Assembly: GCA_905178155.1 (NCBI GenBank)
Contig: CAJINV010000063.1
Location: forward strand, 9,807 to 15,607
Direction of reading: 5' to 3'
From: Amoebophrya sp. A120
Lineage: Eukaryota; Protista; Dinoflagellata
DNA: 5,801 nucleotides
Below, in pieces: positions 1 through 5,801 of this stretch; position 1 is the first letter of the stretch, and each line of letters starts with the position of its first letter. Under the pieces are notes generated by a model that did not search any database, was not told the DNA's origin, and worked only from the letters and a program-made list of their open reading frames with translations. The translations under genes and the position numbers were made by a program.

Positions 1-2
1 TC

Positions 3-134
3 TTCACTGAGCCTAAGGCGAATTTCGAAGCGGAACCGGCTGCCAGCGCGAAATCTTCGCGTTTGGACAAATCAAAATCTTCCACTTTTTCATTTCATAC
101 TGCGGAAACGAAACAATCACTGACGAAATCTTGA
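3..134 (+). CDS. Possible 3' end of a convergent gene entering from the left edge
   Basis: Open frame FTEPKANFEAEPAASAKSSRLDKS...LTKS* to TGA 132-134, followed by AT-rich DNA with AATAAA at 329-334. It is short and has no homology support. Confidence 0.2.
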   Translation, partial: FTEPKANFEAEPAASAKSSRLDKSKSSTFSFHTAETKQSLTKS

Positions 135-417
135 TCAGGAGGTAGTTCCGTGTGTCGACGCTTTTCCTTCTGACAGGTGCGTCGGCCCTACCTCATCGTA
201 CAAGCAGGAGATACCTTACTGAATCGTCTTCACTGTCATCGTGTGTTCACCACGACTAGGACTACAGCAACATATTATAAGTATTCCAATACCAGTTCAA
301 CATTTTCATTTTGCCAAAAAATTACAGCAATAAACACTCTACGACTACCAAAAGCGTTTTCCATTCTTCCAAAATCCAAAACCTAGCTGCCTGCTCCATC
401 GCATTGACCACGTCCGA

Positions 418-1014
418 TTATTCCGCGACAAACGGGGTTCCACGAGCATCTTCCAGAATTGCATGTCGTCGAAAGTCTTCTTTTACAATTTCGTACTTGT
501 GCCCCGGCGGATTTTCGTCTGCCGTATCCCTGACGTACTCGGGCATCGGAAAAGCGGGCAGTCTCCGACCACTACTACTTTGGAGCCACTTCACCACCAC
601 TTCTTCCTGTTCCAGCCATGCACTGAGCTTGTTGTCGTCGAGGGAGCCCGGCAAGAGTCTTTGGATCTCCGGAAACAATCTCGCAGCGGTGATGATTGAG
701 CACACCGCGTCTTCCAGCATGACCGCATGGTACCGCACTTCGTGGTAATCCGGTGGTGCTTCCCGGTGCAGCTTGACGATCCGGCAAAATGCAGGAAAAA
801 TTCGCAAGCAAACCGCGGGAAAGTCATCGGCCGCCAGTAGCTTCATGACCTTCTCCAGATCCAGGACCTCGGAAAGTTCTGACGCGACCAGGAATAACCG
901 CTCCGTGACAAGGTCAAACCATTCCTCGGAAACATGAAGTTGATTCAGAAAAAACTCCCGGAGGCTCATGCGTTGTGAAAGCCGCCCGTTCAGCTTCTGA
1001 CGCGCCAACTCCTC
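418..1014 (-). CDS. Probable exon 2 of the DUF285 gene (198 aa, predicted helical, no recognisable domain); alternatively a separate hypothetical protein
   Basis: Same reading frame as the 622-aa ORF. The listed 231-aa ORF starts only at a TTG inside a T-rich stretch. Protein-like, GC-richer sequence begins right after TTCAG| at 1015 (EELARQKLNG...) and ends at TAA 418-420. Confidence 0.7.
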   Translation of the reverse strand, partial: EELARQKLNGRLSQRMSLREFFLNQLHVSEEWFDLVTERLFLVASELSEVLDLEKVMKLLAADDFPAVCLRIFPAFCRIVKLHREAPPDYHEVRYHAVMLEDAVCSIITAARLFPEIQRLLPGSLDDNKLSAWLEQEEVVVKWLQSSSGRRLPAFPMPEYVRDTADENPPGHKYEIVKEDFRRHAILEDARGTPFVAE

Positions 1015-1149
1015 CTGAAGTGTCCATGAATGTGAAGACAAGAATTTTATAAACAGATCAGCGACGCATATCAAAAACAGGATCATGATGCGGATACGCG
1101 CACCAACATGCAAAGAAAAATACTAAAAATCATCTTCTGCTGGAATTAC
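1015..1149 (-). other. Putative 135-nt spliceosomal GT-AG intron (phase 0)
   Basis: Donor GAG|GTAATT at 1149, branch-like GCTGAT around 1057-1062, acceptor CTTCAG|GAG at 1015. The interval is T-rich on the sense strand and contains the only in-frame stop. Removing it joins ...RRKQE|EELARQK... in frame. Confidence 0.7.
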
Positions 1150-2991
1150 CTCTTGCTTTCTACGATTTCTCCATGCTCGCATGAGAGCACGAATCCGTGG
1201 TTCCCTCGAATGCAGGTCGACAAACTTGGTTGCAGCTGATAGCGGATCGACGTGTTCGCCCTTGTTTCGCTTCGGATTCGGCGGAGACGAATACTGGATC
1301 GGGTGGTAGAGATCGCGCTCGGGCATAATTTGCAGGGGAACCAATCCGTTGTCAAGAACCGTCTTGGGTAAGTACTTCTTCCAGAAGTTCGTCAGCGGAA
1401 TCTTCGTGTGCGTCCGAATGCTCACGGTGAAGGCAAGCCCCCCGCGAAACCGACCCACCGAAGGATCGAAAAGCACCTCTGCTCCCTCGTTCGGAAGGAC
1501 GAACAGGTTGTGCGAGGCACGGTGACCGTTCGCGCTTGCTAGGTAATTTTCCGCGTCGAAGGCACTGCAGGCGGACAGGCTCTCCCGGGTGGTCCCCACC
1601 ACTGCCTTCCAATGCTCGTCGCCGAACATGGCTCGCAGCGTCGCCGCATCCATACGGCCGGCAGGAGACTCATCTACTAATGCAGTCCCGAACATTCCGG
1701 CTGCCACACGCAGCTGCGGGAGCTCCCAGGGTTTGTAATAAACAAGACTTCTGCTAGAAGTACCGTCTGGCTCCTGGCGCTGTCGCGGCCGGGCGCGCGA
1801 CTCCAAAATCTCACGCACGTCGCCCACGATGGAGCTATTTTTCGATGACCTTGCGGCGAACATCCCCGATGTATCTTGGACGGCAGTCGTGTCCCAGGCA
1901 ACCAGGTTTGAAATCGCGAAGTCCGTGCACATGCAAAACATGTCGGCAAAGTCGTCTACATTGCGGAGGTCCCAGCCGTTGAGCTCCTGGTTGAACTTGC
2001 AGCAGTCACGAAACATGCTGCAGGTTATTTCGGCGCATCCCATATTCCAGGCGCCAATGGGCTGGTTAAACTGTTCGCACCCGGAAAACATGCCGTAGAA
2101 GTCCTTGACTCCTGCGACGTTCCATCCCGAGATGTCTAAGTTGAATCTGTTTGTGCCATGAAGGCAAAACAAAAGCGCCAAGCTTTCGAGTTGGGACACA
2201 TCCCATACTCGCGCCGGCCCGTAAATCTCCTCCACATCGGCGATGGTCTTACACTGTTCCATGATAGCCCCCGACGCGGTGTTGATCTCCGCTAGTGCTG
2301 GAACCGGCATTCGCGCGGCTTCATACCGGCGCCTTTCGGCGATAGTCATTGGAAACAACGTATCGTACGTATCTATTTCCATCCGCGCCTCCAAGAGCAG
2401 GTTGACCGCGTGATTCAGCGCACCGCGGTCTTCAAACGGCTTAAAATCGATGTAGCAGTACAGGATGTCGGCTTCAAGAAATTCGCGACTGCGCTCAAAC
2501 GTTTTCTCGTCATCCGTTACGGGTTCTAAGTTGAGACCGCGACTAGCTGACGGAGACCGACACGGGCTGTTTTCATTCTCGTCCTCATTTCCAACTACAA
2601 TGTCTTCACCTCCGGAGGTGGCATCGGTCTGCGGGTCCGCGCTGTTATTGTCTTCCACTTTTTGCGCAAGCCGGATGTGCTCCCAGTGCACTGGTGGACG
2701 GGTCGAAGCACAGCACTGCTTCTTCGTTTTGTCGGCCGCATTCATCCCAGCCGCGATGGCCCGCTTCAGCTCCTTCGCTGTAATAAATGCGCCGTCAGTG
2801 TTGCAATTTTCGATGAGTGCAACAACATCGAGGTCGCCGTCCGCGTGGTTGGCCAGGTTTCGGATGGTGACCGGGAGAGATGTTGTACTGCGGTTTTCTG
2901 GTCGTTCACCAGGTGCCACGTTCCCGTTGTCGTCGCCAGCCGCGGCTGCAGCCACGCTGGAACTGCAACCGCCCTTCCCTGCACTTGACAT
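1150..2991 (-). CDS. DUF285 / PARCEL (BspA-like, 25-26 residue surface-protein repeat) domain protein, exon 1 of a probable two-exon gene (unspliced ORF runs to the TAG at 1123)
   Basis: Long ORF with an ATG in A-rich context (AAAACATG) and an in-frame upstream TAA. It has tandem 25-27 aa repeats WDVSQLESLALLF..RFNLDISG / WNVAGVKDFYGMFSGCEQFNQPIGA / WNMGCAEITCSMFRDCCKFNQELNG / WDLRNVDDFADMF / WDTTAVQDTSGMF, matching the DUF285 consensus FNQxIxxWxVxxVxxMxxMF. The N-terminus is low-complexity with no evident signal peptide. Confidence 0.85.
1855..2220 (-). repeat. Protein-level tandem repeat region (5 DUF285 repeats; a sixth degenerate copy PWELPQLRVAAGMF lies near 1690-1730)
   Basis: Trp residues are spaced 27, 25, 25 and 26 aa apart, each followed by the ...MF (or LF) motif. 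Confidence 0.85.
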
Positions 2992-3659
2992 GTTTTGCTT
3001 TCTTGATATTTATAGATACGATGCCTTCAAACTTAAAACTGCGTTGGATCGATTCCTAGGCGCCTTCTTCTCTATTCTTGATGTAAACCATTGCACACGG
3101 GGAAGCGTCCTGTTGTACGTTAGCTCGAGCTAGGAATGGTACTGACTGCTACCTCCGCTCGATTTCAAATCGACACAAGAAATGCGAGGAAAAAGTAGAC
3201 ATAGAGGAGCAACAAAAAAACACACGCTAGAAAACGACAATGCGACTGCACTACGACAAAACCAACACCTATGGTTTGCTTCGTGTTCGTTCAACGAATT
3301 GAAAAAAGACCAGCAACAAAACGATAGCGATCGAAGCGGGAATATAACAAAATATACCTAACTACCCATCTCTACTCATTATAACACCGATCGCGCGCTT
3401 TCTCTCGAATACACTCTCGTGTGCGAGAAGGTCAAGTAGAGTTAAAGCGAGACGCGACCACGACAGAGCTGGAGACCCCGCGAGAGTGCATCTCCCATTC
3501 AACAGGAGCGGAAAAAACACTCGGCCGGGGGCGCGGCTCCGTACATCCCGTACAAAGCTCAGCAGTGCCCATCCGGCACTGCGCATCGATTTCGATACCA
3601 CACTCATGTTCCAACAGCGGGCCAGCTTTTTCTGGCTCCACGACTCCATCCTTCCGGTA

Positions 3660-3820
3660 CCTCTTGCTGCATGCAAAGAACAGCATCGGAAATAGATGTC
3701 CGTACAGGCAGGCCCCAAACTTCCCTGCCGCTAAGAAGATGTGTCTGCAAGTTCGCTCATAAAAATAAAATTTTGAAGTTTCGCGGTTTTCTCGTTGGAA
3801 TAAAAACGAAATTTTGAAAT
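3660..3820 (+). repeat. Dispersed direct repeat copy 1: B-unit remnant plus AT-rich linker X
   Basis: CCTCTTGCTGCA..AACAGCATCGGAAAT (B spacer remnant), then GGCCCCAAACTTCCCTGCCGCTAAGAAG..TCGCTCATAAAAATAAAATTTTGAAGTTTCGCGGTTTTC..AAATTTTGAAAT. Colinear with 5322-5497. Confidence 0.9.
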
Positions 3821-4823
3821 CTCGGTGCGGATTGACAGCCCAAAGTGGTGACTTGGCAATAATTGCCGGTCCGCCGGGAATTACTGCCGAGGTCACCCCC
3901 GAAACCCAGAAGCACGGTGCGGACTGGCTACTCAAACTGGCGGCTTGGCAAGAATTGCCGGTCAGCCGGGAATTATTGCCAAGATCATCCCCGAAACCCA
4001 GAAGCACGGTGCGGACTGGCCACCCAAACTGGCGACTTGGCAATAATTGCCGGCCAGCCGGGAATTATTGCCAAGGTCACCCCTGAAACCCAGAATCACG
4101 GTGCGGATTGACCCCCCAAACTGGCGGCTTGGCAAGAATTGCCGGTCAGCCGGGAATTATTGCCAGAGTCACCCCGGAGACCCAGAATCACAGTGCGGAT
4201 TGGCCACACAAACTGGTGCGTTGGCAATAATTGCCGGTCAGCCGGGAATTATTGCCAAAGTCACCCCTGAGACCCAGAATCTCCGTGCGGATTGGCCACC
4301 CAAACTGGTGACTTGGCAAGAATTGCCGGTCAGCCGGGAATTATTGCCAAAGTCACCTGGGAAACCCAGAATCACAGTGCGGATTGGTCACCAAAACTGG
4401 CGACTTGGCAATAATTGCCGGTCAGCCGGGAACTATTGCCAAGGTAATCTCTGAAACCCAGAATCTCGGTGCGGATTGGCGTCCCAAACTGGTGCCTTGG
4501 CAATAATTGCCGGTCAGCCGGGGATTATTGCCGAGGTCATCTCTGAAGCACAGAATCTCGGCGCGGACTGGCCACCCAAACTGGTGACTTGGCAAGAATT
4601 GCCGGTCGGCCGGGAATTATTGCCAAGGTCACGCCTGAAACCCAGAATCACAGTGCGGATTGGCCACCCAAACTGGTGACTTGGCAATAATTGCCGGTCG
4701 GCCGGGAATTATTGCCAAGATCACCTCTGAAACCCAGAATCTCGGCGCGGACTGGCCACCCAAACTGGTGACTTGGCAAGAATTGCCGGTCGGCCGGGAA
4801 TTATTGCCAAGGTCATCTCTGAA
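3818..4823. repeat. Tandem array A: about 11 copies of a 92-bp unit with an internal palindrome
   Basis: The GAAACCCAGA-like anchor recurs at 3901, 3993, 4085, 4177, 4269, 4361, 4453, 4545, 4637, 4729 and 4821 (truncated), exactly 92 bp apart. Each unit has CTTGGCAA(T/G)AATTGCCGG-TC(A/G/C)G-CCGGGAATTATTGCCAAG. Confidence 0.97.
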
Positions 4824-4825
4824 CA

Positions 4826-5358
4826 CCATAGTTTCCCTAAATTATGGAAACTATGGCAGAGCGCCTCTTTCTGCAGGCGAACAGCGCCGGAAATTGGGGT
4901 CCCGCCAGTGTCTCTGCCATAGTTTCCCTAAATTATGGAAACTATGGCAGAGAGCCTCTTTCTGCAGGCGAATAGCACCGGAAATTGGCGCCCCGCCCAT
5001 GCCTCTGCCATAGTTTCCCTAAATTATGGAAACTATGGCAGAGCACCTCTTGCGGCAGGCCAACAGCATCGGAAATTGGCGCTGGTCCAGTGCCTCTGCC
5101 ATAGTTTCCATAATTTATGGAAACTATGGCAGAGTGCCTCTTGCTGCAGGCCAACAGCATCGGAAATTGGCGCTGGTCCAGTGCCTCTGCCATAGTTTCC
5201 CTAAATCATGGAAACTATGGCAGAGCGCCTCTTGCGGCAGGCCAACAGCATCGGAAATTGGTGCCGGTCCAGTGCCTCTGCCATAGTTTCCATAATTTAT
5301 AGAAACTTCTATGGCAGAGCGCTTCTTGCGGCAGGCCAACAGCATCGGAAATCGGTGC
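4826..5358. repeat. Tandem array B, block 1: about 6 copies of a 91-bp unit with an internal palindrome
   Basis: CCATAGTTTCC recurs at 4826, 4917, 5008, 5099, 5190 and 5281 (91-bp period). The core is CTCTGCCATAGTTTCC-N9-GGAAACTATGGCAGAG. Confidence 0.97.
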
Positions 5359-5497
5359 CCGAGCAGTCTGGCCCCAAACCTCCCTGCCGCAAAGAAGGCG
5401 AAACAGACAAAGAGGCTGCAGCCTCGCTCATAAAGATAAAATTTTGAACTTTCGCGGTTTTCCGTTTCCCGCTTCATTAAAAATAAAATTTTGAAAT
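5322..5497 (+). repeat. Dispersed direct repeat copy 2: end of last B unit plus AT-rich linker X
   Basis: AACAGCATCGGAAAT..GGCCCCAAACCTCCCTGCCGCAAAGAAG..TCGCTCATAAAGATAAAATTTTGAACTTTCGCGGTTTTC..AAATTTTGAAAT, with small indels relative to copy 1. Confidence 0.9.
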
Positions 5498-5542
5498 TTA
5501 TTAGGAACGCTTGTCTGGCAAAATTCAAGGCGCTCTCCCTCC

Positions 5543-5801
5543 CTGCCATAATTTCCCTGAATTATGGAAACTATGGCAGAGCTCCCAACTCAGATGGCAA
5601 ATAGCATCGGAAATTGGTGCTCTACCAGTGCCTCTTCCATAGTTTCCCTAAATTATGGAAACTATGGCAGAGAGCCTCTTTCTGCAGGCGAACAGCGCCG
5701 GAAATCGGCGTCCCGCCCATGCCTCTGCCATAGTTTCCCTAAATTATGGAAACTATGGCAGAGCGCCTGTGGCTGCAGGCAAACAGAGTCGGAAATTGGC
5801 G
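5543..5801. repeat. Tandem array B, block 2: about 3 copies of the 91-bp unit, running off the window end
   Basis: CCATA(G/A)TTTCC at 5546, 5637 and 5728 (91-bp period), with the same palindromic core. Confidence 0.95.

Noticed and set aside
142-176. Tiny plus-strand GT..AG intron candidate (GTAGTT...TTTTCCTTCTGACAG)
   Set aside because: It is only 35 nt, lies after the stop of the only long upstream frame, and does not join convincing exons.
3008-3014. TATA-like TATAAAT on the minus strand
   Set aside because: It lies only about 16 nt from the ATG, too close for a canonical TATA box, and the surrounding DNA is AT-rich.
2465-3133. 222-aa plus-strand ORF and other ORFs overlapping the DUF285 gene
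   Set aside because: They are antisense or alternate-frame shadows of the real minus-strand CDS.
3121-3173. Short palindromes TAGCTCGAGCTA and TCGATTT-C-AAATCGA upstream of the gene
   Set aside because: They are short and single-copy, with no evidence of function.
3562-3582. GC hairpin GCAGTGCC-CATCC-GGCACTGC as a Helitron 3' end or terminator
   Set aside because: There is no CTRR about 10-12 nt downstream on either strand and no adjacent U-tract, so it is isolated and plausibly chance.
3362-4043. ORFs 3362-3718(-), 3421-3762(+), 3432-4043(-), 3486-3695(+)
   Set aside because: They overlap each other, most begin or end within repeat or linker DNA, and none has a recognisable motif. A coding remnant in 3432-3660 cannot be fully excluded.
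3814-5549. Numerous ORFs across the arrays (e.g. 4047-4454, 5124-5549)
   Set aside because: The unit lengths 92 and 91 are not multiples of 3, so the same peptides cycle through all frames. These are translation artefacts of non-coding repeats.
3818-5801. CRISPR array (palindromic repeats at regular spacing)
   Set aside because: The spacers are homologous to one another rather than unique, the 91-92 bp period is long for CRISPR, there are no cas genes, and the context looks eukaryotic.

Overview
This is eukaryotic-looking DNA (probably a protist, or a eukaryote-associated large virus; the organism cannot be identified from the sequence alone), in two halves. Left (418-2991, minus strand): the 622-aa and 231-aa ORFs are in the same frame and are best explained as one gene of about 812 aa with a 135-nt GT-AG intron (1015-1149). 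It encodes a DUF285/PARCEL-type (BspA-like) W-x-x-x-x-V...M-F repeat protein. Right (3660-5801): a non-coding composite repeat. About 11 x 92-bp palindromic units (array A) are fused directly to 91-bp palindromic units (array B), and an AT-rich linker of about 130-140 bp occurs twice. A and B look different but share one architecture: 16-bp inverted arms about 11/16 identical, an 8-9 nt centre, and an ATTGG motif 32 nt after the arm. Both show dimeric (182-184 bp) higher-order periodicity. The arrays are not CRISPR, and the ORFs over them are repeat artefacts.
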